Positions 34,142 through 43,980 of a DNA stretch of 58,899 nucleotides are shown here, in pieces (the stretch's first letter is position 1; each line of letters begins with the position of its first letter). This DNA comes from an uncultured Verrucomicrobiota bacterium. Lineage in GTDB: Bacteria; Verrucomicrobiota; Kiritimatiellia; RFP12; UBA1067. The notes beneath the pieces are model-generated. The model made no database searches. It was not told the DNA's origin and worked only from the letters and a program-made list of their open reading frames with translations. The DNA is taken from contig CAMOFK010000006.1 of NCBI GenBank assembly GCA_946613265.1, positions 1 to 58,899 of the forward strand. Reading direction: 5' to 3'. A program made the position numbers and the translations under genes.

Positions 34142-36385
34142 ATGGAAACAAGGCCGATGACGATTATCAAACGCAGCGGAGAAGAGAAGCCGTTTGATAT
34201 CACGAAGATCGAAAACGCGATTCGCAAGGCGTCGCAAGCCGTCGATTACAGAGACGCGCTGAGCGAAGGCCGCATCAAGCTCATCGCGGAGGAAGTCGCC
34301 GGTGTTTGCGCGGCGCGCGATCGCGCAATGACCGTCGAAGAAATCCAGGATGTCGTCGAGACGAAGATCATGGAATTCAACGCGACGGAGATAGCGAAGA
34401 AGTACATCACCTACCGCTACAAGCAGTCGCTCCTCCGCCAGGCCAACACGACCGACAAGCAGATACTCTCGCTTATCGAGTGCAACAACGAAGACGTCAA
34501 GCAGGAAAACGCCAACAAGAACCCGACCATCAACTCCGTGCAGCGCGATTACATGGCCGGCGAAGTCTCGAAAGACGTCTCCGCGCGCCTTCTCCTGCCC
34601 GCCGATATCGTGCAGGCGCACCGCGAAGGCATAATCCACTTCCACGACATGGATTACTTCGCGCAGCATATGCACAACTGCGACCTCGTCAATCTCGACG
34701 ACATGCTGCAGAACGGCACCGTCATCTCCGGGACGATGATCGAAAAGCCGAAGTCGTTTTCCACGGCCTGCAACATCGCGACGCAAATCATCGCGCAGGT
34801 CGCGTCCAACCAGTACGGCGGCCAATCCATCTCGCTCACCCATCTGGCGCCGTTCGTCGAAGTCTCCCGCCAGGCCATCCGCCGCGAACTCGCCGCCGAA
34901 TGCGCCGATGCCGGCGTCGAAATGGACATGGCGGCTTTCGACCGCATCGTCGAAAAGCGCGTGCGCCGCGAAATCAAGAAAGGCGTGCAGACGATCCAAT
35001 ATCAGGTCGTGACGCTCATGACGACGAACGGCCAGGCGCCCTTCGTGACCGTGTACATGTATCTCGGCGAAGCGCGCAGCGAAAACGAGCGCCGCGATCT
35101 CGCGATGGTCATCGAAGAAGTCCTGAACGAGCGCATTCTCGGCGTCAAGAACGAACAGGGCGTTTACGTGACGCCGGCGTTTCCCAAGCTCATCTACGTG
35201 CTTGAAGAGCAGAACATCACGCCGGAATCCCCGTACTGGTATCTGACGGAACTCTCGGCGAAATGCACCGCCAAGCGCATGGTCCCGGACTACATATCCG
35301 AGAAGAAGATGCGCGAATACAAGCTCTCGAAAGGCGAAGAGCCAGGCCATGGCGATACGTACACGTGCATGGGCTGCCGCTCCTTCCTCACGCCTGACCG
35401 CTCGGGCAACGGCTTCGGCAATATCGCGCGCGCCGGCAACTACGAGCCGGGCAAGCCGAAATACTACGGGCGCTTCAATCAGGGCGTCGTCACCGTCAAT
35501 CTCGTCGATATCGCCCTTTCCGCACATGGCGACATGGCGCGCTTTTGGTCGATTTTCGCCGAGCGCATGGAGCTTTGCCACCGCGCGTTGCAATGCCGCC
35601 ACAACCGTCTGAAAGGGACGCCGAGCGACGCCGCGCCGATCCTCTGGCAGTATGGCGCGCTTGCGCGTCTCGACAAAGGCGAAAAGATCGACAAGCTTCT
35701 CTACGGAGGGTATTCGACCATATCGCTCGGCTACGCCGGCCTCTGGGAATGCGTGTACGCGCTGATCGGCAAGAAGCTGACCGAGCCCGAAGGCGAGAAA
35801 CTCGGCCTGGAGATCATGCAGAAGCTGAACGAGTTCACCGCGAAGTGGAAAGCCGCCGAGGATATCGACTACTCGCTCTACGGCACTCCTCTCGAATCCA
35901 CGACCTACAAGTTCGCGAAGACTTTGCAGAAGCGCTTCGGCGTCATCAAGGGCGTGACGGACAAGAACTACATCACCAATTCCTACCACATCCACGTCAC
36001 CGAGCCGATCGACGCATTCAAGAAGCTCGAGACGGAGGCGAAATTCCAGAAGCTCTCGCCCGGCGGCGCAATCTCCTACGTCGAAGTGCCGAACATGCAG
36101 AACAATCTGCCGGCCGTCCTCGCGATCATGCGCTTCATCTACGACAATATAATGTACGCCGAACTGAATACGAAGTCCGACTACTGCCAGGTCTGCGGCT
36201 TCGACGGCGAAATAGAAATCCGCAAGGATGCGTCGGGGAAGCTTGTCTGGACATGCCCGAAATGCGGCAACCAGGACGAGTCGCGCATGAATGTCGCCCG
36301 CCGCACTTGCGGCTACATCGGTTCGCAGTTCTGGAACCAGGGCCGCACGCAGGAAATCAAAGAGCGCGTGCTCCATGTATCTTGA
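34142..36385 (+). CDS. nrdD: Anaerobic (class III) ribonucleoside-triphosphate reductase
   Basis: ATP cone (IIKRSG); HFHDMDY, HNC, MGCRS, YGTPLES, CxxC...CxxC, RRTCGYIG glycyl loop. Confidence 0.97.
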   Translation: METRPMTIIKRSGEEKPFDITKIENAIRKASQAVDYRDALSEGRIKLIAEEVAGVCAARDRAMTVEEIQDVVETKIMEFNATEIAKKYITYRYKQSLLRQANTTDKQILSLIECNNEDVKQENANKNPTINSVQRDYMAGEVSKDVSARLLLPADIVQAHREGIIHFHDMDYFAQHMHNCDLVNLDDMLQNGTVISGTMIEKPKSFSTACNIATQIIAQVASNQYGGQSISLTHLAPFVEVSRQAIRRELAAECADAGVEMDMAAFDRIVEKRVRREIKKGVQTIQYQVVTLMTTNGQAPFVTVYMYLGEARSENERRDLAMVIEEVLNERILGVKNEQGVYVTPAFPKLIYVLEEQNITPESPYWYLTELSAKCTAKRMVPDYISEKKMREYKLSKGEEPGHGDTYTCMGCRSFLTPDRSGNGFGNIARAGNYEPGKPKYYGRFNQGVVTVNLVDIALSAHGDMARFWSIFAERMELCHRALQCRHNRLKGTPSDAAPILWQYGALARLDKGEKIDKLLYGGYSTISLGYAGLWECVYALIGKKLTEPEGEKLGLEIMQKLNEFTAKWKAAEDIDYSLYGTPLESTTYKFAKTLQKRFGVIKGVTDKNYITNSYHIHVTEPIDAFKKLETEAKFQKLSPGGAISYVEVPNMQNNLPAVLAIMRFIYDNIMYAELNTKSDYCQVCGFDGEIEIRKDASGKLVWTCPKCGNQDESRMNVARRTCGYIGSQFWNQGRTQEIKERVLHVS

Positions 36386-36482
36386 GAATGCCGCCGCGCG
36401 CGCCGTCGCGGGACAGGGTTCGTCCCCTGCCCCGTGACGGCTTGGCATATGCCGCGCGCCGCGCAAATCACGCTGCCAGGCG

Positions 36483-36986
36483 ATGAACTACGCTTCGATC
36501 AGGACATGCGACATCGCCAACGGCGACGGCGTCAGAGTCTCGCTCTTCGTCTCCGGGTGCACGCACCATTGCAAAGGCTGCTTCAATGAAGCGGCATGGG
36601 ATTTCGGGTATGGCGAGCCGTTTACGCGCGCAGTGGAAGACCGCCTGCTCGAAGCGCTCGCCCCTTCATACATATCGGGGCTGACGGTTCTTGGCGGCGA
36701 GCCGATGGAGCCTTGCAACCAGCGCGCGCTTCTCCCCTTCCTGCGCAGAGTCCGCGAACGCTTCGGCAATGCGAAGACGATTTGGATTTATACCGGCTGC
36801 ATCTACGAATTGGAGCTTCTGCCGGAAGCAAAGACGGATCGCTGGCGCACCGAAGCCACGGATGAAATTCTCGCCATTGTCGATGTCCTCGTGGATGGCC
36901 CGTTTATCGAGGAACTCAAAAACATATCCTTGCGCTTCCGCGGTTCATCCAACCAGCGCATAATCAACCTTCGCAAACAGGCATAG
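36483..36986 (+). CDS. nrdG: Anaerobic RNR activating protein (radical SAM)
   Basis: NGDGVRVSLFVSGCTHHCKGCFN, LGGEP, DGPF, RGSSNQR. Confidence 0.96.
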   Translation: MNYASIRTCDIANGDGVRVSLFVSGCTHHCKGCFNEAAWDFGYGEPFTRAVEDRLLEALAPSYISGLTVLGGEPMEPCNQRALLPFLRRVRERFGNAKTIWIYTGCIYELELLPEAKTDRWRTEATDEILAIVDVLVDGPFIEELKNISLRFRGSSNQRIINLRKQA

Positions 36987-37063
36987 CGCCGCCACGTCCG
37001 CGTCTTTTTCTCAATCGCGCGGGAGGGACGCTCGGGGGGCGGCGGGATTATCGGCATTGCCGG

Positions 37064-39049
37064 CTATTCCTTTTGCGCCCAGACGGACTTGGCCAAGACA
37101 TGGACGTGTCCATCCGGTGCGGAGAGTTTGTGCATGAATACGCCATCGGAGACTTCGACGGCTTCGGCAAGCACGCGATCTCCCGCGAAAGTCTCGGACT
37201 TGAAAACAAGCTCGAGCTCTTTGCAGAAGCCCCGTTCCGGCGGGACGCATTCCAGCATCCATTCCACGTAGCGCACGTTGTTCACATGTCCGTTGAGATC
37301 GATATCTGAGCGCCGCGCATGGAATTCCAGCGCATCGACTGGCTCCGTGCACGTCCAGCGAAGTTGCGAAAACGCATCGTCCTTGAGCGCCGGTTCGCGC
37401 GCGGGATCGGAAAGACTGCCGACGGAATCGGGGAGGGAAACGATTTTGCGTGCCGCGAGGTCGATCAACATCCATTCGCTCGTCGCCGCGCCGATCTTGC
37501 GCGTCGATGAATCGAGGATGATGAAATCGCGTCTGGCGGCGATCTTCCTGGCCGTGGTGGGCCAAGTCAAGATGGAAATGCCGTCTCCCCAGCGAGGCTG
37601 GCGCTCTATTTTAACTTTAAGGCGAGTGAGAACCCATGAAATGTTCTCGCCTTGATTCATGAAATTCGAGCGCGAGAAACCCAGCTCTTGCGCATTCAGG
37701 CTGGCCGCTTCCTGAAAGAGATTCAAGATCGCCGGGAGCTTGGCGAAGCCGTCGGGCCCGCATTCGTTCGTGCGGATGCGCCAGACGTAGCACCCGGGCG
37801 GATGCGGGCGGCGCAAACGCAATTCGCCGAGATCGGCGGCGGCCTGCGCGGCGATGTCGGCAGGCTCGCGCGGCACCGGCGCGCCGCCGGGCGAACTCGC
37901 ATCGACCGCCGAAAGCTGAAGGCGGAAATCGTCGCGCGCCCATGTGGCGGCGACGGCGCGATCGTCGAAGGGATATTGGACGCCGGCGATCTCCTGCGTG
38001 GTCTCGTGGCCCTTGCCGCAGACAAGCACGATGTCGCCGCGCGCCGCATTCGCCAGCGCGTAGCCTATCGCCTCGCGGCGATCGGGTATCGCGATGAATC
38101 CGGAGGCGTCGGGACGGACCCGCGTGACCCCTTTCTCGATTTCGCTGATTATGTCCAGCGGATTCTCCGAGCGCGGATTGTCGCTCGTGACCACGACGCG
38201 GTCGGCGCCATGCGCGGCGGCCGCACCCATCAGCGGGCGCTTGGCGGCATCGCGGTCGCCGCCTGCCCCGAACACTATCCACAAGCGTGCGAACGGCGGG
38301 AGGATCTGGCGCGCGGCCTGCAAGACCTTGGATATGGCGTCGGGCGTGTGCGCGAAATCCACATAGACATCGGCGTAGGCGTGGGGGCAGGCGATCTTCT
38401 CGAATCTCCCCCAGCGAGGACGCAGCTGCGGAATCCTCTCCTGTATGGCGTCGTGCGGGACGCCGGCAGCTTCCGCCAGCGTGGCCGCGACAAGCACGTT
38501 GGACTTGTTGAAATCGCCGTGGAGCGCGAGTTGCGAGAGATCGAAATGCGGCTCGGCGATTGTGACGGGGATAACGTCGAGCATCTCGAGATTCATCGCC
38601 TCGTGAAGCATGCGCTCCGCGCCTTCGCCATCCATGCAGACGACGAAAGGCAGCTTCCTGTTCTCGGCCGCGGCCTGCTCGGCGAGCCGCTTGGCGAAGA
38701 GGAATTTCGCGCGGAAGTATTCCTCCATCGTCTTGTGGTAGTCGAGATGGTCTTCGGTGAGATTCAAGAAGGCGCCGCCGGAGAACTTCGTCAATTTGCC
38801 GAAGCCAACGCGGTCTTGCACGATCGCATGGCTGGAGACTTCCATTACGCAGTCCTTGGCGCCGGCTTCGCGCATCTCTGCGTATATCGAGGCCAGGGCG
38901 TCCGCGGGCGGCGTGGTGTAGCCGGAGTGGAAAGTTCTTTTGAGGGTATTGACTTCGACGGTGGTGATGTAGGCGGCGTGCAGGAAATCCGCCAATATCC
39001 ATGTCGTCGTCGTCTTGCCGTTTGTTCCTGTTATTCCCCAAATGCGCAT
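37064..39049 (-). CDS. murE: MurE (lacking the N-terminal domain) fused to acyl-ACP thioesterase
   Basis: GITGTNGKTT, EVSSH, DHLDYH, DFAHTPD, GGDRD, DNPR, GKGHE; then QEAA, PRWGD, SDIDLNGHVNN. Confidence 0.85.
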   Translation of the reverse strand: MRIWGITGTNGKTTTTWILADFLHAAYITTVEVNTLKRTFHSGYTTPPADALASIYAEMREAGAKDCVMEVSSHAIVQDRVGFGKLTKFSGGAFLNLTEDHLDYHKTMEEYFRAKFLFAKRLAEQAAAENRKLPFVVCMDGEGAERMLHEAMNLEMLDVIPVTIAEPHFDLSQLALHGDFNKSNVLVAATLAEAAGVPHDAIQERIPQLRPRWGRFEKIACPHAYADVYVDFAHTPDAISKVLQAARQILPPFARLWIVFGAGGDRDAAKRPLMGAAAAHGADRVVVTSDNPRSENPLDIISEIEKGVTRVRPDASGFIAIPDRREAIGYALANAARGDIVLVCGKGHETTQEIAGVQYPFDDRAVAATWARDDFRLQLSAVDASSPGGAPVPREPADIAAQAAADLGELRLRRPHPPGCYVWRIRTNECGPDGFAKLPAILNLFQEAASLNAQELGFSRSNFMNQGENISWVLTRLKVKIERQPRWGDGISILTWPTTARKIAARRDFIILDSSTRKIGAATSEWMLIDLAARKIVSLPDSVGSLSDPAREPALKDDAFSQLRWTCTEPVDALEFHARRSDIDLNGHVNNVRYVEWMLECVPPERGFCKELELVFKSETFAGDRVLAEAVEVSDGVFMHKLSAPDGHVHVLAKSVWAQKE

Positions 39050-39135
39050 GGTTGAAAGAATAGTTGATAGATTGTCTGGATTCGATTTCGAGCGGCCGGA
39101 TGCCGGGATCGGGAGACTCGCGGCAGCGCGCCTTG

Positions 39136-39756
39136 TCAGAGCGTTCCGAAAATTCTATCCCCCGCGTCTCCGAGACCAGGTACAATATAATGGTGGGAGT
39201 TGAGATAGGAATCCTTGGCCGCGGTCCACACGGGGACGTCCGGGAATTCGGCTTCGAATTTGCCAATCCCTTCGGGAGCGGAAATCAAGCAAAGGAATTT
39301 GATGCGCTTGTAGCCGAGTTTGCGGAGCTGGCGCACGGCGTCGCAGGCGCTTCCGCCCGTCGCGAGCATCGGGTCGATGACGATGGCCAATTCGTCGCCC
39401 TGCGCCGGCGGGACTTTGGCGTAGTATGGAATCGGCTCTGCGGTATCTTCGTTGCGCTGCATGCCGAGGACGCCGACTTTGGCGTACGGCAGGATGCGGA
39501 GCATGGCGTCCAGCATCCCCATGCCGGCGCGCAGAATCGGCACGAGCACGATCCTGTCGGCGATCTTGCGCCCGGTAGTCTTTTTGAGCGGCGTCTCGAC
39601 GGGAATTTCGGCGGTGCGCAAATCGCCCAGCGCCTCGAATGCGAGAAATTCGGTGATTTCACTTGCCAGTTCGCGGAAAAGCTTGGGCGGCGTCGCTCTA
39701 TCGCGCAACAATGCCACTCTATGATCGACCAACGGATGACTCAAAACAGAATGCAT
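39136..39756 (-). CDS. upp: Uracil phosphoribosyltransferase
   Basis: VPILRAG, DPMLATGGS, YIVPGLGDAGDRIFGT; TGATATAAT at 39781-39789. Confidence 0.97.
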   Translation of the reverse strand: MHSVLSHPLVDHRVALLRDRATPPKLFRELASEITEFLAFEALGDLRTAEIPVETPLKKTTGRKIADRIVLVPILRAGMGMLDAMLRILPYAKVGVLGMQRNEDTAEPIPYYAKVPPAQGDELAIVIDPMLATGGSACDAVRQLRKLGYKRIKFLCLISAPEGIGKFEAEFPDVPVWTAAKDSYLNSHHYIVPGLGDAGDRIFGTL

Positions 39757-39871
39757 TTCACTACTTCCCCTTTCGGTAATATTATATCATAAATCGCCGC
39801 GGCCGTGTCTATTATCCGGGAATTTGTTTGGCGCGCGGGCGGCTCTGCAGGGCGCGCTTTCCGACGAAAGG

Positions 39872-39905
39872 AAAGCGCGCGAGACCGTGGGGACTCGCGC
39901 GCTTT
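39872..39905. terminator. Hairpin terminator after the large surface-protein gene
   Basis: aaagcgcgcgag/ctcgcgcgcttt perfect 12-bp stem. Confidence 0.65.
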
Positions 39906-39933
39906 TGGATGCCGTCGGGAACGGCATTGCCGC

Positions 39934-42900
39934 TTACTCGGCGGCGTTTTCGATCGTTATGGCGACCTTGTAGAAGCCGCTAACGGCCGAACCGTGCTCG
40001 AAGGCGGCGGCTTCTTCATCGGCGCCGAGCTGATACGTCTTCTTGAGAGTCCAGCCGGTCTCTGCGGAGGCGGCGATCGGCGCGGCGCTCTCGTAAACGC
40101 TGAGCATCACCTTGTAGGCGGGCTTGGCGTCTGCATCGATCGAGACGATGACATTGCCATCCTTGAGCTCGATCGTGGGCGTGACGTCCGCGGCGGGCTT
40201 CTCGGCATCGAAGAGGCCGAGCGCATACGCCTGCGCGTAGGTCAGGCCGCTCGTGGAGCCGGCGACCGGATCGGCCAGCGAAGCGCCTTCGGGGAGAGCC
40301 GCGGCGAGCGTGCTCTGGACGTCGGCGGGAATGTCGAATTTCTTGCCGTCGGCGCCGCCGGCGAAGCCATCGTCCGGAGGAACGACTTCCGTCCAGGATG
40401 CGACGAGGACGAGGTTGGCGTTCACGGGCGCGGTGAAGTCGTACGAGGCGCCCGCGAGAGTCCAACCGGCGAACTCGAATCCTTCACGTTCGGGATCCGC
40501 AGGCTTGGCGGCGGTGTCGCCTTCGTAAACGGACGACGTCTGGGCGAGTTCCGTGGTGCCGTCGGTATCGACGAACTTGACGGTGTACTGAGCCTTCGCC
40601 GCGACAGTGTAGGAGCCGTCGCCATTGGCCACGGTCTTGAAGCCGGTGGCGAGGAACGTGCCCTGGCCGTCGGCCCAGGAATCGTCGCCGAGCGCGGGAT
40701 CGACCTTGGAGAAAGTGCCGCCTTCGACGAATACCGCCTGCGTAGCATTGTTGGCCTGGTTGAGCGCCATGCCGGTCCAGCCGGAGTGATACTGGTAAGG
40801 CTCGTCGGTCAGGTTGGAGTACGTACCGCTCTTGATCGTGGCCGTCGCGCCGGCGAACGGATAGACGCACGCGCCCGCCTGCGAATCGACAGTGACGGTC
40901 AGATTCTGGAGGACGACCTGCGCACCGCTGCGAGAAGTGATGGCATATACGCCGTCTTTGACAATCTCCGTATCGTCCTGCGTGCAGTCGATCGTGCCGT
41001 TTTCAATGGTGACGGAACCGCTCTTGACGTCGAAGACGCTGCCGTTGCCGCTCGTGCCGGTACGGGTAATCGTCTTGCCGTTCAGATTGATTATCAATTC
41101 CGTACCGGCGCCGAGATTCGGCTCGACACGGGCATCGAGAGTTATGTTGTCTTCGATAATGACCGTATTGCCCGTCTTGGCGGCGGCGACAGCGGCGGCA
41201 AGCGTCTCGTACGGCGTGCCTGCGATAGATGCGACGCTGTTCAGGACCGTGTAAGTGCGCGTATCGGAATGCCAGACGAAATACGAAGCCATCGAACCAT
41301 TGTCAGCATAGGAAGGATCGGTGACGGTTACGACGAGATCCTTGCCGGCCGCCCCCTTGGTATATACATACATCAGCGCAGCTTCCACGGAATCGTAGAT
41401 CGTACCGTCGGAAACAGTCGCGAGGACGGGATACATATAGATGCCGGAGAGGTCGTCGATGGTCTTGTATTTAAGAACCGCGGCCGCGCCATTCACCGTG
41501 GCGTTGCCGAGAGCCGGCTCCTTGCCTTGCGTCGCGGTGAGCTTGACGATGCAGTTCGTTCCTGTCGCAGCGCCGTCGTAAACGATATTGCCGAGCGTGT
41601 ACTGGGCGCGTGTGCCGGCGAGAGTTCCGGTGTAGCCGTCGAGAGTACCGATCGTGTAGGGGATGGCGTTTCCGGCCGATCCGGTGCCATTGACAATCAA
41701 ATCGCCCGTGCCGGAAAGTTTGGTGATGATCGTCCTGTCGGCTGTCCAGCCGTTGCCGATCGTCCAATTGGCGGTAAGGACGATTTCCGGGACAATCGTC
41801 GGGGCGCTGCCGCCGGAGGTTCCCCAGTTTGTCGAGGGCAGGGCGATGAATGCGCCATTGACGCCGACGATCTCGACCTTGGAATCGGCATCGCCGAGGT
41901 CGTTGAAGTTGATGCGGGCGTTGCTGTTATCCGGGTTCCAGGCAACTTGGACGGTCGCATTGCCGAAGTCTCCGAAGCGCGGCACATTGCCGGTAATCGT
42001 GCCTGCATCCTCGAGGGTAAGGACTTTGCTATTTACATAGCCGACGAGCTGGCCGATTCTCGCCGTTGCAAGCGTCGAGGACATAGTGCCGGAGTTGGCG
42101 CAATTCCTGAGGACGACATTCTCGGAGGCATAGCCGAGGATACCGGCAAGGCCGTCCTGTCCGGCCTTTGCTCCGGAGGGCATCGTGAGCGTTCCGGTGT
42201 TAGAGCAATTCTCGATGACGATGCGCGAGCCCGCAATTTTTGTCTGCGCGATCGCCGAGATGCCGGCGAGTTTGGTGTAGGTGCCGTAGATTGCGGCGTT
42301 GTTCGTGCAGGAGACGACGCGAGTTTCGGTCTCGCCGCCGGCGCTCAGGCGCACGACTATGCCTGCCATGTTGTGCATGCCGGGGGTCGTCTCCGACAAG
42401 AACGATCCCGCCGCCGTGATATTCTGGAGCAGCGCGCCATTGCCGGCGTTGCCGACGACGGCATAGCCGTATTCGCCGGTTGCACCGCTCTCGACGGCGA
42501 TATTCTCGACGACGAGATTCTTGATCGTGCCGCCATTGACCTGGTTGAAGACGCCGCCGTAGTTGCGCTTGGTCATCGTGACATTGGCGATCTTGTAGTT
42601 GCCGCCGTCGTACGTGCCTGTGAAAGGAACGCCGTTGGTGGGGGTTGCGTCATATGTGCCGATGCCGGGGAATGCGGCTCTGCCGGCCATGTCGATATTG
42701 GCGACCTGCTGATAGCAGAAACCGGCGCCATAGCCGCTGGTGATGGCGTTGGCGAGCGTCTCGAGATTGGAGGCAGTGGCGATCTTGAAAGGCGCTTCGG
42801 CCGTGCCGCAGACGGTGCCGTCAGGAAGCATATAGGTTTTGCGCTGGGCAAACGCGGTATCGAAAGCTTCGCCGAAGTCGGTGAAATAGTCGCCTTCGAA

Positions 42901-43494
42901 ACCGTCGTCTGTCGTCGTGCCGATCTTGGCTACGCAATTCGCCGGAGCGTTGAACGGATCAGTCGTGCGGGCGACGAAGTTGTCGAGCTTGCCCGAACCG
43001 GAGACTTCGACGGAAGTGAAATCTCCCGGCATTTCGGCAGTTTGGCAATCGGCGAGCAGCTGGCGATTGAGATACACTTTATATCCGAGAGTATCCTTGA
43101 CAATCGTCAGACGATACCACGTATCTTCCGAGATCGTGGTTGACGTGACGGTCGTATCGACCTCGGAGCCATCCACGACGAGCTTGCCGTCGGCATCGGC
43201 ATAGATGCAAATCTTGCCTTCGTTGACGCCTTCCGGCGTGGACGGGTGGCAGACGAATTGCACGACCATATCCACGGCATCCGCGCCCGCGACATTGAGC
43301 TGCTGCCCTTCGTCGTCGATCTCGCAGTATTTGTCGCCGAAATCTTCGAATGGATACGGCGAGCCAATGGTCGGCTTTTCTGACGCATTCGCGTACAGAG
43401 TTCCATCTGTCTCAAAGCCGTCCTGCTTCGTCACCGCGGCAAATGCGCATGTGGCGAACGCAGTGACGGCTAAAGCCAGCAACGTTCTTTTCAT
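39934..43494 (-). CDS. Large secreted surface protein with beta-helix/GLUG-like region and an InlB B-repeat-like domain
   Basis: Signal peptide; GTAEAPFKI, FTGTYDGGNYKI; YTVKF...PADPEREGFEFAGW...YDF; TGCTATCAT at 43552-43560. Confidence 0.75.
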   Translation of the reverse strand: MKRTLLALAVTAFATCAFAAVTKQDGFETDGTLYANASEKPTIGSPYPFEDFGDKYCEIDDEGQQLNVAGADAVDMVVQFVCHPSTPEGVNEGKICIYADADGKLVVDGSEVDTTVTSTTISEDTWYRLTIVKDTLGYKVYLNRQLLADCQTAEMPGDFTSVEVSGSGKLDNFVARTTDPFNAPANCVAKIGTTTDDGFEGDYFTDFGEAFDTAFAQRKTYMLPDGTVCGTAEAPFKIATASNLETLANAITSGYGAGFCYQQVANIDMAGRAAFPGIGTYDATPTNGVPFTGTYDGGNYKIANVTMTKRNYGGVFNQVNGGTIKNLVVENIAVESGATGEYGYAVVGNAGNGALLQNITAAGSFLSETTPGMHNMAGIVVRLSAGGETETRVVSCTNNAAIYGTYTKLAGISAIAQTKIAGSRIVIENCSNTGTLTMPSGAKAGQDGLAGILGYASENVVLRNCANSGTMSSTLATARIGQLVGYVNSKVLTLEDAGTITGNVPRFGDFGNATVQVAWNPDNSNARINFNDLGDADSKVEIVGVNGAFIALPSTNWGTSGGSAPTIVPEIVLTANWTIGNGWTADRTIITKLSGTGDLIVNGTGSAGNAIPYTIGTLDGYTGTLAGTRAQYTLGNIVYDGAATGTNCIVKLTATQGKEPALGNATVNGAAAVLKYKTIDDLSGIYMYPVLATVSDGTIYDSVEAALMYVYTKGAAGKDLVVTVTDPSYADNGSMASYFVWHSDTRTYTVLNSVASIAGTPYETLAAAVAAAKTGNTVIIEDNITLDARVEPNLGAGTELIINLNGKTITRTGTSGNGSVFDVKSGSVTIENGTIDCTQDDTEIVKDGVYAITSRSGAQVVLQNLTVTVDSQAGACVYPFAGATATIKSGTYSNLTDEPYQYHSGWTGMALNQANNATQAVFVEGGTFSKVDPALGDDSWADGQGTFLATGFKTVANGDGSYTVAAKAQYTVKFVDTDGTTELAQTSSVYEGDTAAKPADPEREGFEFAGWTLAGASYDFTAPVNANLVLVASWTEVVPPDDGFAGGADGKKFDIPADVQSTLAAALPEGASLADPVAGSTSGLTYAQAYALGLFDAEKPAADVTPTIELKDGNVIVSIDADAKPAYKVMLSVYESAAPIAASAETGWTLKKTYQLGADEEAAAFEHGSAVSGFYKVAITIENAAE

Positions 43495-43734
43495 AGTTTT
43501 TAGTACCCTTCCTTGATTTTCCCGGCGAACCTTTCACCAGTTTTCGCCTATATGATAGCATATTTTCTTTTCCCCCGCAAGGGGGAGAAGAGGATTTTTT
43601 TTTTAGCATCGAAAGCAAACTTCTTTTGTTATATAATAACGACGCGCGCGCCTGCGCGCGAGAGCGAGAGCATGCCAAGCCTTTGCGCACCTGCCGCCGG
43701 GAGCGCGGCGCGGCCGCGCGGAGCGCATGCGCTC

Positions 43735-43917
43735 GCGACGCGGGTCGCGGGCAAAAGCGACCCGCGTCGCAGGCAAAGGCGACTCCAGTCGCGAGCAAAA
43801 GCGACCCGCGTCGCGAGCAAAGACGACTCCAGTCGCGAGACGAAACGACTCCAGTCGCGAGACGTGGCGACTGGAGTCGTGAAACAAGGCGACGGGAGTC
43901 GCGAAGATATGCGACTC
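43735..43917. repeat. 22-bp-period array of 14-bp palindromes
   Basis: 8 full units RCGAC-N4-GTCGY + 8 nt at 43735, 43757, 43779, 43801, 43823, 43845, 43867, 43889, plus a partial ninth. Confidence 0.88.
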
Positions 43918-43980
43918 TGGAAGCCGGGATTGCGGCTCAAGACCGCGGTAATTTCGTTTCAGGGAGTGTTTTGCGGCGCT

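Noticed and set aside
36405-36445. Hairpin between nrdD and nrdG as ncRNA or mobile element
   Set aside because: Single GC-rich stem; most simply an mRNA stability or attenuation hairpin
34061-36466. Long antisense ORFs (also 4389-6983, 39805-43143, 54445-56601, 56926-58758 and many others)
   Set aside because: Shadow frames of well-supported genes in high-GC DNA, with no recognisable motifs
43735-43917. CRISPR array
   Set aside because: Linkers are only 8 nt and similar to each other, and there are no cas genes in the window
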